Positions 18,373 through 28,506 of a stretch of DNA of 64,000 nucleotides are shown piece after piece. Under the pieces are notes generated by a model. It ran no database searches. It saw nothing but the letters and a program-made list of their open reading frames with translations, and was not told the DNA's origin. Source of the DNA: Vicinamibacterales bacterium (GTDB taxonomy: Bacteria > Acidobacteriota > Vicinamibacteria > Vicinamibacterales > JAMQPK01); NCBI GenBank assembly GCA_963762055.1, contig CAVXJF010000013.1, positions 13,877-77,876 of the forward strand. The letters are read 5' to 3'. Made by a program: the position numbers and the translations under genes. Each line of letters begins with the position of its first letter. The first letter of the stretch is position 1.

Positions 18373-19591
18373 GGCGTTCGACAAGCCGTCCGTAGCCGCG
18401 TTCCACGGTCTCCACAGGGCTGAGACGGCTCTGCCCTTCCGCAGCAAGGCCAGCGGCGATCAGCGCCATTCCCGATCGAAGATCGCGGCTATCCAGCTTC
18501 CGCCCCCTCAGCTTGCTCGGCCCCGTAACGATAATGCGGTGTGGATCGCAGAGGAAAAGATCGGCACGCATGCCGCTGAGCTGCTCGAGCGCGAACAGCC
18601 GGAGCTCGTACATCCAGTCGTGAATCAACGTGCGCCCATCGGCTTGCGTGGCAAGCACGGTCACGAGACTCACGAAGTCGCTGGGAAAGCTCGGCCACAA
18701 CCCTGTGGTGATCCTTCCCGCGGCGACCGGTTTCGATTTCTCGATGGTCATCAGCCCGTCTTCGAACTCGCACGCCACGTTCATCCGCTTCAAGACGAAC
18801 GCGATACCCTCGACGTCTTCGGCACGTGCGCCGCGCACCTCGATTTCGCCGCCGGTCACGGCGGCGACGACGGCCCAGCTGCCGGCTTCGATGTAATCGC
18901 CATGCAGCTCGTGCTTCGCGCCGCGAGGCCGTTGCGTGCCTTCGACGCGGATCGTGGACGACCCGGCGCCCGTAATGCCGACGCCCATGCTCTGCAGGAA
19001 CTCGCACACTTCGACGACATGCGGCTCGGTGGCAGCGTGGCGTATTTCCGTAACCCCTTCGACCATCGCGGCGGCGAGCAGCGCCGTCTCCGTTCCGGTC
19101 ACCGATGCTTCGTCGAGGTACATCGATGCCGCGCGCAGCCCGCCGGGTGCCTCGAGGGCGTGACCGGTTGACGGCAGGACGGTTGCCCCCAGGTGCACGA
19201 GCGCGTCGATGTGCGTGCCGATCGTCCGGCGCGCCGGAAAATCTCCGCCCGGCATGCCGAGGATGGCGCGCCCGGTCCGCGCGAGGAGCGGGCCGAGCAG
19301 CAGCACGGATCCGCGCAGCTTCCCGACCAGCTCCGTGCTCGGCTCGGACGTCTTGATCTCGCGACACCGCACGCGCACGGTCGTCGTGCCGAGACCATGC
19401 ACTTCGGCGCCGATCTCCGTCAGCAGCTTGGCCATGACCACGACGTCGCCGATGCGTGGCATGTTGGTGAGGACGCATTCTTCTGTCGTCAGCAGGCACG
19501 CAGCCAGCAGCGGCAGCGCCGCGTTCTTGTTCCCTTCGACCTCGATCGAGCCGGAGATCGGGCGTCCTCCTTCAATCAGCAGACTCGACAT
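18311..19591 (-). CDS. murA: UDP-N-acetylglucosamine 1-carboxyvinyltransferase
   Basis: MSSLLIEGGRPISGSIEVEGNKNAALPLLAACLLT..., full-length MurA pattern. The start shares one nt with the murB stop (TGATG). Confidence 0.9.
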   Translation of the reverse strand: MSSLLIEGGRPISGSIEVEGNKNAALPLLAACLLTTEECVLTNMPRIGDVVVMAKLLTEIGAEVHGLGTTTVRVRCREIKTSEPSTELVGKLRGSVLLLGPLLARTGRAILGMPGGDFPARRTIGTHIDALVHLGATVLPSTGHALEAPGGLRAASMYLDEASVTGTETALLAAAMVEGVTEIRHAATEPHVVEVCEFLQSMGVGITGAGSSTIRVEGTQRPRGAKHELHGDYIEAGSWAVVAAVTGGEIEVRGARAEDVEGIAFVLKRMNVACEFEDGLMTIEKSKPVAAGRITTGLWPSFPSDFVSLVTVLATQADGRTLIHDWMYELRLFALEQLSGMRADLFLCDPHRIIVTGPSKLRGRKLDSRDLRSGMALIAAGLAAEGQSRLSPVETVERGYGRLVERLKMLGAQVEQVEQRVSVPQV

Positions 19592-20541
19592 CAAAACTCT
19601 CCAATGTAGACGATCTCTTCCTGCAGGCCGACGCCGAACTGTTCGCGGACCCGCGTTCTGCACACATCGATGAGCGCGCGAATGTCGGCCGCCGTGGCGT
19701 TGCCCTCATTGACGATGAAGTTTCCGTGCGCGGTGGACACGCGCGCCCCGCCCCGCGACTCACCTTTCAGCCCGGCACGATCGACGAGCGCGCCAGCAGA
19801 AGCGGGGATGCCTTCGGGCACGTCGTGCCGATCGGGGTTCTGAAAAATGCAACCGGCGCTCGGAGTGTCGAGCGGCTGCGTCTGTTTTCTGTAAGCAAGC
19901 GACTGGCGGGCCACTTCGCGAAGCGCTGCCGGATCGCCGGACGAGACGCGGAACACGGCCGACAGAAGCACTTCGCCGGTTTTCTGCAAGCGGCTTCGAT
20001 CGTACCCGAATTCCATCTCGTCGCGGGGAAGATCACGCGTTGCGCCGTTCAGTTCGGCAAGCCGCACCGATTCCACGAGCTCGCTGATGAGGCGGCCGCC
20101 GAAATGCGCGTTCCCGTAGATGGCGCCGCCCACCGTGCCGGGAGTGCCCGCCCATGCCTCGAGTCCAGCGATGCCGCGTTGAACCGTCCAGCGAACCAGT
20201 CCGTTGATTGTCGTCGCCGCGTCGGCACGAACCCGGCCGGCGTTGACTTGTTCGATGACACCACCTCGGGGTCTGATCACGAGACCGCGCACTCCGCGGT
20301 CGCCAATCAACACGTTCGAGCCGCCACCCAGAAGCGTGACGTGCACGCTGTTGGCGTGCGCAATTCGAAGCGCGTCGAGAACGTCTTCAGACGAGCGCGT
20401 CTCGATGAGCCACTCGGCCGGACCGCCGACCTTGAAGGTCGTCAGCGGCGCAAGGGGGATGTCGTTTCTCAGCACGTCGCCAAAGCGGGCACGCATCTGC
20501 CCGGCGAAGACGGTGTCACGCGATGCCAAGCTGCGCGTCAT
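19591..20541 (-). CDS. murB: UDP-N-acetylenolpyruvoylglucosamine reductase
   Basis: Start at MTRSLASRD (20541), overlapping the mpl stop (ATGA). LAPLTTFKVGGPAEWL...VTLLGGGSNVLI...SAGCIFQNP are MurB motifs. The upstream part of ORF 19591..21135 is out-of-frame overlap with mpl. Confidence 0.9.
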   Translation of the reverse strand: MTRSLASRDTVFAGQMRARFGDVLRNDIPLAPLTTFKVGGPAEWLIETRSSEDVLDALRIAHANSVHVTLLGGGSNVLIGDRGVRGLVIRPRGGVIEQVNAGRVRADAATTINGLVRWTVQRGIAGLEAWAGTPGTVGGAIYGNAHFGGRLISELVESVRLAELNGATRDLPRDEMEFGYDRSRLQKTGEVLLSAVFRVSSGDPAALREVARQSLAYRKQTQPLDTPSAGCIFQNPDRHDVPEGIPASAGALVDRAGLKGESRGGARVSTAHGNFIVNEGNATAADIRALIDVCRTRVREQFGVGLQEEIVYIGEF

Positions 20542-21935
20542 CCCCTGAGGGTTTGCAGCGTCTTCTGGTGCACGCCGCCGAAGCCGCCATTGGACATGAA
20601 CACCACCAGGTCGCCTGGCTTCTTTTCGTTGACGATCGTCGCGACGATGTCGTCGATCGAGGAGGCAGCCCTGGCGCGCTGGCCGGCGCCCTTGAGATCG
20701 GCGACGAGCTGCTGTGCCGACAACCGCTCTCCTTCCGGAAGATTCGTCCGGAACACGGGCGCGATGATCACTTCGTCGGCCGGCCCGAACGACCGCGCGA
20801 AATCCTGCTGGAATACCCGTCGGCTGGACGAAGCCGATCGCGGTTCGAAAATCGCCCATATGCGCCGATGCGGATTCGCGGCGCGAAGCCCCGCCAGCGT
20901 TTCGGCGATGGCCGTCGGATGGTGCGCAAAGTCGTCGTACACGGTCACACCGGCAGCTTCGCCGTAGATCTCGAGCCGCCGCTTGACGCCTTTGAATTGT
21001 CGCAGTCCCTCTGCCATCGTCGCGGCAGGAATCGAAACGGTGTGCGCAACCGCAATCGCCGCCAGCGCGTTTCGGACATTGTGGAGACCGAACAGCGGGA
21101 TTTCCATGTTCGCGAACCGCGTTCCGCCGTGCCATACGGTGAACGCCTGCCCCGCCGCCGATACCGTCACGTGGGTCGCGCGCCAGTCGGAGCCCTCGCT
21201 CAGGCCAAAGGTTTCCACCGGGCTGACAGCCGCTTTTTTCAACGCCGCGGCATCCTGAGAATCGGCTCCAAGCAACAGCAGTCCCGATCGAGGGACGAGA
21301 TTTGCGAGCCGCCGGAACGCCAGCCGAACCGCATCGAGGTCGGCGTAGATGTCGGCGTGATCGAACTCGACGTTGTTGATGACCGCGATGTCCGGCAGAT
21401 ATTTCAGGAACTTCGCGGTCTTGTCGAAGAATGCGCTGTCGTATTCATCGCCTTCGATGACGAAGTCGCGACCCTTCCCCAGCCGGTAGCTCGACCCGTC
21501 CTCGCCGAGGTTTCGCGCGATGCCGCCCACCAGAACGCTGGGATCGGCTCCACCATGCACGAGCAACCAGCCCGTCAACGACGTCGTCGTTGTTTTCCCG
21601 TGGGTACCGGCGATGACGATCGAACGGGCTTTCCACAGGAAGTGCTCGCGCACCGCCTCTGGAAGCGAGCAATACCGCATCTTCCGGTCGAGTACCGCTT
21701 CGAGCTCGGCGTTGCCGCGCGAGATCGCATTGCCGACAACCACCATGTCGATCGACGCGGTGATGTGATCGGCGGAGTAGCCGGTCAGTGTGCGGATCCG
21801 CTCCGATTCGAGAAATGTGCTCATCGGCGGATACACGTTTTCATCCGAGCCCTGGACGTCGTGCCCCTGCCGTTTCAGCAAGGCGGCTAACGTCGCCATC
21901 GCCGTGCCACACACACCAATGAAGTGAATCGTCAC
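20538..21935 (-). CDS. mpl: UDP-N-acetylmuramate:L-alanyl-gamma-D-glutamyl-meso-DAP ligase (murein peptide ligase)
   Basis: NVYPPMSTFLE, GTHGKTTTT, IEGDEYDSAFFDK, VYDDFAHHPTAI and MSNGGFGGVHQK match E. coli Mpl rather than MurC. GTG start overlaps the ldcA stop (GTGA). Confidence 0.85.
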   Translation of the reverse strand: MTIHFIGVCGTAMATLAALLKRQGHDVQGSDENVYPPMSTFLESERIRTLTGYSADHITASIDMVVVGNAISRGNAELEAVLDRKMRYCSLPEAVREHFLWKARSIVIAGTHGKTTTTSLTGWLLVHGGADPSVLVGGIARNLGEDGSSYRLGKGRDFVIEGDEYDSAFFDKTAKFLKYLPDIAVINNVEFDHADIYADLDAVRLAFRRLANLVPRSGLLLLGADSQDAAALKKAAVSPVETFGLSEGSDWRATHVTVSAAGQAFTVWHGGTRFANMEIPLFGLHNVRNALAAIAVAHTVSIPAATMAEGLRQFKGVKRRLEIYGEAAGVTVYDDFAHHPTAIAETLAGLRAANPHRRIWAIFEPRSASSSRRVFQQDFARSFGPADEVIIAPVFRTNLPEGERLSAQQLVADLKGAGQRARAASSIDDIVATIVNEKKPGDLVVFMSNGGFGGVHQKTLQTLRG

Positions 21936-22858
21936 TCGACCGCGGCCTCTTCGATAATCAAGCGTGGATGATCGTGTGCGACGACCCGGGCGCGCACGCC
22001 GAACGGCAGCGTCACCAGCGGGTGTGCGGTATGTCCTGACGGGAACCCGTAAACGACCGGTCCCTCGAAGTCCCTCAGCAGATTGGCAAGTACTCCGCGC
22101 GCCGACGGCTCACCGCGAGGCTCGTCGCATTCGACGAACTCGCCAAGCACGATGGCCGACGCCTTGGCCAGAACACCGGCGAGCCGCAGTTGCGTGAGCA
22201 TTCTGTCGAGCTTGTACGGCCGTTCGCCTGTGTCTTCGAGAAACAGCACGTGCCCGTCCGGAGGCCGCACCGCGTAAGGCGTCCCGAGTGAGGCCACGAG
22301 TTGTGCGAGCGTGCCTCCAATCAACGGGCCAGCCGCTTCGCCGGACCGTAATGTTTCGAGATTACTGGTAGCCAGCTCTCCTGCCGGCTCCGCCTCGCTC
22401 AGTGCGCGCAGGAATGAACCGCGGTCGTACGCGGCGATGCCGCGCGACAAGCGGCGGTCGAGCATCGGGCCGTGGAACGACACGATGCCGCACGACGTCG
22501 TGAGATACGTCAGCACCGTTGTCAGATCGCTGTATCCGATGAAGGCCTTCGGCGTCCGGCGCAGATCCACGCCGGCAAAGTGCGGCAGCAGGTGGATGCT
22601 GCCATAGCCCCCGCGCACGGCGATCAGAGCTTTCACGGACGGATCGGTCCACGCTCGAAGGAACGCCTGGGCGCGCACCGTCCCTTCGCCCGAGAGATAT
22701 CCAGCGTGCCGCGCGAAGACGCTTTCTTCGAAAACCGGCTCGAATCCGAGCTGCGCCAGCTCGGCGACCCCTTTGTCGAACTCCTCGCGGGCAAATGGGC
22801 TGGCGGGCGCAACAATCGCAATCCGGTCGCCGGAACGCAGTCGCTGCGGTTTCAGCAT
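21932..22858 (-). CDS. ldcA: LD-carboxypeptidase (muramoyltetrapeptide carboxypeptidase, peptidase S66)
   Basis: MLKPQRLRSGDRIAIVAPASPF..., ...IGYSDLTTVL..., ...FPSGHT.... Start chosen at 22858, downstream of the nagZ stop. Confidence 0.8.
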   Translation of the reverse strand: MLKPQRLRSGDRIAIVAPASPFAREEFDKGVAELAQLGFEPVFEESVFARHAGYLSGEGTVRAQAFLRAWTDPSVKALIAVRGGYGSIHLLPHFAGVDLRRTPKAFIGYSDLTTVLTYLTTSCGIVSFHGPMLDRRLSRGIAAYDRGSFLRALSEAEPAGELATSNLETLRSGEAAGPLIGGTLAQLVASLGTPYAVRPPDGHVLFLEDTGERPYKLDRMLTQLRLAGVLAKASAIVLGEFVECDEPRGEPSARGVLANLLRDFEGPVVYGFPSGHTAHPLVTLPFGVRARVVAHDHPRLIIEEAAVE

Positions 22859-22863
22859 CCGGA

Positions 22864-23979
22864 TCAGACGAACTCCGCCATCTGTTCCGAGATCACCCGA
22901 TGTTGTTCCGAGCCGATCATGTGCCGCAGGTCGGCAGCCGAAGGCGGCCGCCACCCGTGCCACCTCGACCCATACCGTTCCTTCGCAACCCGGTTACGCT
23001 GCAGCGCGGCTTCGACCTGCTTCACGGACAACGTCTCGTCCTCCACGGCGTGAACGATCGCTTCCAGGGCCTGTGCCTGCAGCTCGATGTCGGCAACTTT
23101 CCCGTGGCCGCACATGAGCACGGCGTCGCAACCAGCGGCAATGGCCAGCACAGCGGCCTCCGCCGGTGCATAGCTGTTGGCGATGGCTTTCATCTGGAGG
23201 TCGTCCGAGACGATCACACCATTGAACCCGAGCTCCTCCCTGAGGAGCCGCTGGACAATTCTTGGAGACAGCGTCGCCGGACGCTCTTCGTCGAGCGCGG
23301 GCACGAGAACGTGCGCCGTCATGATGAACGCCACTCCCGCATCGATAGCGGCCTTGAACGGCACGAATTCGACAGCTCTCAGCCTGTCAGGCGGATGTTC
23401 CACCAGCGGCAGCTCGAAATGGGAATCGGCCGCGGTGTCGCCGTGACCCGGAAAGTGCTTTCCGCAGGCGGCCACTCCCGCCCGCTGCAGCTCTTCGATA
23501 ATGGCGGTGCCCAGCCTGGCGACGACATCGGGCTTCTCACCGAGGGCGCGATCGCCGATCACCAGGTTTTTGGGATTGGTGTGAATATCGAGCACGGGCG
23601 CGTAATCGAGCGAAATCCCCACCGCTTTGAGCTCGGCGGCCAGCGCCGCGGCAAACTTCTTTGCCAGCGCGTCATTGCCGCTTCGTCCGAGTGCCGCCAT
23701 CGGCGGCCACTCGGTGAACGGCGCCCGCAGGCGCGCCACTTGCCCGCCCTCCTGGTCGATGCCGACCCACCCCGGCCTTTCCACGCCCAGGGCGCGAATA
23801 TCGAACGACAACCCCGCCACCTGCTCGGGCGATTCGATGTTTCCGAGCCTGCCGAAGAGCGTGATTCCACCGAGATCGAACTCGCGGGCGAGCGATTTCA
23901 TCTCGACAGGAACGTCCGATCCTGTGAAGCTGCCGATGAGCAACTGGCCGACGCGGCGGCGAAGCGGTTGAGGCGACAC
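22864..23979 (-). CDS. nagZ: Beta-N-acetylhexosaminidase (GH3)
   Basis: GQLLIGSF...GGITLF..RN...IDQEGGQVARL...KHFPGHGDT. GTG start. Confidence 0.85.
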   Translation of the reverse strand: MSPQPLRRRVGQLLIGSFTGSDVPVEMKSLAREFDLGGITLFGRLGNIESPEQVAGLSFDIRALGVERPGWVGIDQEGGQVARLRAPFTEWPPMAALGRSGNDALAKKFAAALAAELKAVGISLDYAPVLDIHTNPKNLVIGDRALGEKPDVVARLGTAIIEELQRAGVAACGKHFPGHGDTAADSHFELPLVEHPPDRLRAVEFVPFKAAIDAGVAFIMTAHVLVPALDEERPATLSPRIVQRLLREELGFNGVIVSDDLQMKAIANSYAPAEAAVLAIAAGCDAVLMCGHGKVADIELQAQALEAIVHAVEDETLSVKQVEAALQRNRVAKERYGSRWHGWRPPSAADLRHMIGSEQHRVISEQMAEFV

Positions 23980-24010
23980 GACTTATCATTATAGAGTTGA
24001 TGGCCAGTTG

Positions 24011-25348
24011 ATGGAGCAGCCCGCCACCGTCGTCACTCCAGACCCCGAGTGGGATCGCCGCAGCCTTCCCGAGGTTCACGGCAGTATCCCTATCCCGGTC
24101 ACCGGCCCGCCGTGGAAAAAGATGCTGGCGTTCGCGGGGCCGGGTTATCTGGTGGCTGTCGGCTACATGGACCCGGGCAACTGGGCCACCGACATTGCCG
24201 GCGGCGCGAAGTTCGGGTACACGCTGCTGAGCGTCATCATGCTCTCCAACCTGATGGCGATTCTGCTGCAGTCGCTCTCCGCGCGCCTCGGCATCGCCAG
24301 CGGCCGCGACCTCGCGCAGGCGTGCCGCGCCGCCTATTCTCCGCGGACGACGTTCGTGTTGTGGATCCTGTGCGAGATAGCGATTGCGGCGTGCGACCTC
24401 GCGGAGGTCCTCGGTGCCGCTATCGCACTGCAGCTGCTCTTCGACATTCCCCTGCTCTGGGGTGTGTGTCTTACGGCGACCGACGTGTTCCTGGTGCTGT
24501 ACCTTCAGAACCGCGGATTCCGGTATGTCGAAGCGATCGTGCTGACATTGATCTTCGGCATCGCCGGCTGCTTTGCCATCGAGCTATGGATGGCGCAGCC
24601 CGATATGCCGGCGCTTGCGGTCGGTCTGATTCCGCGCGCGGAGATCCTGCGGAATCCGGAAATGCTCTACATCTCGATCGGCATATTGGGCGCCACGGTC
24701 ATGCCGCATAATCTGTATCTGCACTCCTCGATCGTGCAGACCCGGCGATACGGCGACTCGTACGAGGGCAAGAAAGAAGCGATCCGCTACGCCACGATCG
24801 ACTCGACCGTGGCGCTGATGTCCGCCCTTTTCATCAACGGCGCAATCCTCGTCATGGCCGCCGCGGTCTTCCACGGCACGCCGCACGAAAACGTCGCAGA
24901 TATCGGCGACGCGTATCTCCTGCTCGATCCACTGCTCGGCGCGACCGTCGCCAGCACGCTGTTCGCCGTGGCGCTCCTCTTCTCGGGGCAGAACGCGACG
25001 CTGACCGGCACGCTGGCGGGTCAGATCGTCATGGAGGGATTCCTCAACATCCGCCTGCGCCCATGGCTGCGCCGGCTCATCACGCGCCTGATTGCCATCG
25101 TGCCGGCGGTAGTGGTCATCGCCATCAAAGGCGAGGAGGGCTCCGGTCCTCTGCTGGTGCTGAGCCAGGTCATCCTCAGCCTCCAGCTGCCGTTTGCCAT
25201 CTTTCCGCTCGTGCAGTTCACGAGCAGTGAGAAGATGATGGGACCGTTTGCCAGCAAGTTCTGGGTGAAGGCGCTCGCGTGGCCTGTCTGCATAATCATC
25301 GCCGCGCTCAACGTATACCTGCTGTACCAGACGTTTGCCGGGGCCTGA
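24011..25348 (+). CDS. mntH: Nramp-family divalent metal (Mn2+/Fe2+) transporter
   Basis: GPGYLVAVGYMDPGNWATDIAGGAKFGY and MPHNLYLHS motifs, with ~11 TM helices. ATG 24011 is preferred over TTG 24008. Confidence 0.9.
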   Translation: MEQPATVVTPDPEWDRRSLPEVHGSIPIPVTGPPWKKMLAFAGPGYLVAVGYMDPGNWATDIAGGAKFGYTLLSVIMLSNLMAILLQSLSARLGIASGRDLAQACRAAYSPRTTFVLWILCEIAIAACDLAEVLGAAIALQLLFDIPLLWGVCLTATDVFLVLYLQNRGFRYVEAIVLTLIFGIAGCFAIELWMAQPDMPALAVGLIPRAEILRNPEMLYISIGILGATVMPHNLYLHSSIVQTRRYGDSYEGKKEAIRYATIDSTVALMSALFINGAILVMAAAVFHGTPHENVADIGDAYLLLDPLLGATVASTLFAVALLFSGQNATLTGTLAGQIVMEGFLNIRLRPWLRRLITRLIAIVPAVVVIAIKGEEGSGPLLVLSQVILSLQLPFAIFPLVQFTSSEKMMGPFASKFWVKALAWPVCIIIAALNVYLLYQTFAGA

Positions 25349-25349
25349 C

Positions 25350-25775
25350 GTGTATCAGCACATCCTCGTCGCCGTGGAACATTCGAAGGCGGACGAAGCC
25401 ATCCTCGAGCACATCGTCCTTCTGGCTCGGATGACACAGGCTCGCCTCCTGCTCGTACACGTGGCAGACGGCTTCGCCGCCCGCCACTTCGCTGACCTCG
25501 AGCTTCGCGAGTCGGACGAGATTCGCGACGACCGCGCCTACCTTGCGAAACGCAGCGAGGAGCTGCGCGGCAAGGGATTTCAGGTCGATTCGCGGCTGGC
25601 CATGGGCGACCCCGCCACGGAAATCATCCGCATTGCCGCCGAAGAGCGCGTCGATCTGATTGCGATGTCCACACACGGCCATCGCTTCCTGTCGGATATC
25701 GTGCACGGTACGACGGTGGACAAGGTACGCCACACCGTGCGCGTGCCGGTGCTGCTGCTCCGCGCCCACGCATGA
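25350..25775 (+). CDS. Universal stress protein (UspA family)
   Basis: YQHILVAVEHS...LLLVHV...DLIAMSTHGHRFLSDIVHGTTVDKVRHTVRVPVLLLR. GTG 25350 lies just after the mntH stop; the ORF-track TTG 25335 would overlap mntH. Confidence 0.8.
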   Translation: MYQHILVAVEHSKADEAILEHIVLLARMTQARLLLVHVADGFAARHFADLELRESDEIRDDRAYLAKRSEELRGKGFQVDSRLAMGDPATEIIRIAAEERVDLIAMSTHGHRFLSDIVHGTTVDKVRHTVRVPVLLLRAHA

Positions 25776-26800
25776 CGCAGATTCGCAGCTCCGCCCCCAC
25801 ACGCATCGATCTGGCCGGCGGCACCCTCGACATCTGGCCGCTGTATCTGTTTCACGAAAACGCTCAGACGCTCAACGCCGCCATCAGCCTGCGCGCACAC
25901 GCCGAGATCGTTCCCCGAACCGACGGCCGGGTCGTGCTCGAGTCTGTCGACACGGCCAAGACCGTAGACGTCGCAGGGTGGCACGAGCTCGCCAACGGCA
26001 ATGGGCTGCCGCTTCTCAGCAAGCTCGCGTACTTCTTCCGCGCCCAAAACCTCACGCTCAGGACGCGCGGGGAGTCGCCCACGGGAGCGGGCATCGCCGG
26101 CTCGTCGGCGCTGAACGTCGCTGTGTGCGGGGCGCTGGCGGAATGGGCGGGCATGGCGGTCGACGGCGAAACGCTCCTCACTATCGCCATGAATGTCGAA
26201 GCGCAGGTGATCAACGTGCCGACCGGCCTGCAGGACTATCGTCCCGCGTATTACGGCGGCGTCGCGGCAATCGAGTTGAGACCCGACGGCGTCAGGCGTA
26301 CCGCGATCGACGTCGACCCCGGCGAGCTCCAGCGCAGAATCGCGCTGGCCTACACTGGCGCCCCACACTTCTCGGGGACGAACAACTGGGAGATCACCAA
26401 GCGCCATATCGACGGCGATCGGCACGTCTTCGACTGTTTCGAGCGCATTTGCAGCGCGGCGAACGGCCTGCGTGAGACGCTGACGCGCGGAGACTGGGAC
26501 GGCGTCGCGCGCCAGATCGCCATGGAGTGGGATGCGCGGAAAACGCTGGCACCAGGTGTGACTACGCCGATGATTGAAAGTTTGATCGCCGGCGCAACGG
26601 CTGCCGGCGCGAAGGCCGCGAAAGTCTGCGGCGCAGGTGGCGGAGGCTGTCTCTTCTGTATCGCGGAACCCGAAGACATTCCCGCCGTCAAACAGGCGCT
26701 CTCTTCGGGCGGAGCCAGACTGCTCGATACCAGATTGAAACCGAGGGACTGCGGGTATGGAGAACCTAGCCATCGCGCATATCTTTTCGGAGATCGCTGA
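25772..26800 (+). CDS. GHMP-family sugar kinase (heptose-phosphate / fucose-kinase-like)
   Basis: SAPTRIDLAGGTLDIWP..., GHMP motif PTGAGIAGSSALNVAV, and KVCGAGGGGCLF. The C-terminal ~25 aa may be out of frame (see findings). Confidence 0.75.
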   Translation: MTQIRSSAPTRIDLAGGTLDIWPLYLFHENAQTLNAAISLRAHAEIVPRTDGRVVLESVDTAKTVDVAGWHELANGNGLPLLSKLAYFFRAQNLTLRTRGESPTGAGIAGSSALNVAVCGALAEWAGMAVDGETLLTIAMNVEAQVINVPTGLQDYRPAYYGGVAAIELRPDGVRRTAIDVDPGELQRRIALAYTGAPHFSGTNNWEITKRHIDGDRHVFDCFERICSAANGLRETLTRGDWDGVARQIAMEWDARKTLAPGVTTPMIESLIAGATAAGAKAAKVCGAGGGGCLFCIAEPEDIPAVKQALSSGGARLLDTRLKPRDCGYGEPSHRAYLFGDR

Positions 26801-28506
26801 TCTGCTCGAAATCAAGAACGAAAACCCTTTCAAGATACGCGCCTATCGAAATGCGTCCGAGACGATCGCTCACGCGACGGAACGTCTCGCGCTTCTCGAC
26901 GAAGACAAGCTGCGCGCGATTCCCGGCATCGGGAAGGATCTCGCGGCGAAGATTCGGGAGATCGCCGAAACCGGAGACGCGCGTTTTCACCGGGAGCTGC
27001 TGGAGCAGTTTCCTCCGACGGTTCTCGATCTCCTCCATCTACAGGGCGTGGGTCCCAAAACGGTCGCACAGCTCTACACCGAGCTCGGTATCAAGACCAT
27101 CGAAGAGCTCGAGGCCGCGTGCGCCGACGGCCGCGTCCGCGGCCTCAAAGGCCTCGGTAAGAAAAAAGAAGAAATGATTCTTGAAGGCCTGCGCGGAGCG
27201 CAAGCAGCACAGCGGCAGGCAACTGCTTCCCGACGCGCACGAGGCGGCGATGCTCCTCCTCGGTTACCTCCGCGCGGAATGCCCCACGGTCGTGTTCGAA
27301 CACGTCGGCAGCATCCGCCGCGGCGCGGAGACCTCCGGTGACATCGACATTCTCGCATCGGTCCCTCAACCAGGCTCGGGAGATGGGCATGACTCGCCGG
27401 TGATGTCCACGTTCACGACCTACAAGCTCGTCGAGCGGATCCTCGGACAGGGCGACACGAAATCGAGCGTGCGCTTGCAGGGCGGCATCCAGGCGGACCT
27501 GCGGCTCGTGCCTGAGGAAAGCCGCGGAGCAGCAATGCAATATTTCACCGGTTCGAAATCACACAACATCGCACTCCGCGACAGAGCCATCTCGCGGGGG
27601 TTCAAACTCAACGAGTACGGACTATTCCGGGTAGAGGAAGGGAACGCGGTTGCCGGACGAACCGAGGCGGAGATCTACGCGGCGCTGGGTCTGCCTGAGA
27701 TTGCGCCCGAGCTTCGAGAGGGACGCGGCGAGATTGAGGCGGCCGAGCGCGGGGCGCTTCCGGATCTGGTGAGGCTCGAAGACATTCAGGGGGACATCCA
27801 CGCACACACGACCGAATCGGATGGCCGCGACGACATCGAAACGATGGCCCTGGCTGCGCGCCAGGCAGGGCTGAAGTACCTCGCGATTACCGATCACAGC
27901 AAGTCGCTCGCGATGGCCAACGGCCTCGACGAATCTCGAGTCCGTCAGCACGCGCGGCGGGTGCGGGAGATCAGCGGCAGGCTCGAGGGTATCACGCTGC
28001 TCGCCGGCATCGAATGCGACATCAGGCCGGACGGCTCGATGGACCTGGCCGATGACTGCCTCGCCGAGCTCGACGTCGTCATCGCATCAGTACATTCCGC
28101 GTTCAACCAGGAAGCAGCGCAGATGACGGAACGCGTGCTGCGGGCGATCTCGAATCCGTTCGTCGATATCCTCGGCCATCCTACCGGGCGCATTCTGCTG
28201 CGCCGCGAACCGTACAAGCTGGACATCAACGCTGTCATCGATACCGCGATCGCCACAGGTGTTGCTCTCGAGATCAACGCACAGGTCGACCGACTGGATT
28301 TGTCGGACGTCAACGCCAGGGCCGCACGCGACCGCGGCGCGAAGCTGGTGGTCAGCACCGACGCGCACAGCAAGAGCGCCTTCGGGAGAATGAAATGGGG
28401 CGTACAAGTCGCCCGCCGCGCCTGGCTTACGAAGGACGATGTGCTGAACACGCGCGATAGGGAAGGGTTTAAAGCCGCGCTGAGGAGAAACAGAAGGTCC
28501 GGGTAA
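26757..28506 (+). pseudogene. polX: Family X DNA polymerase with C-terminal PHP domain (PolX), interrupted by a 1-nt frameshift
   Basis: HhH/8-kDa and fingers part in ORF 26757..27341 (ENPFKIRAYRNA...IPGIGKDLAAKI...LQGVGPKTV...GLGKKKEEMILEGL). It continues in the +1 frame, ORF 27181..28506 (ERKQHSGRQLLPDAHEAAMLLLGYL, GDIDIL, PHP HAHTTESDG...DHS...SVHS...STDAH). The junction is at the GG at 27195-27196. Confidence 0.85.
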
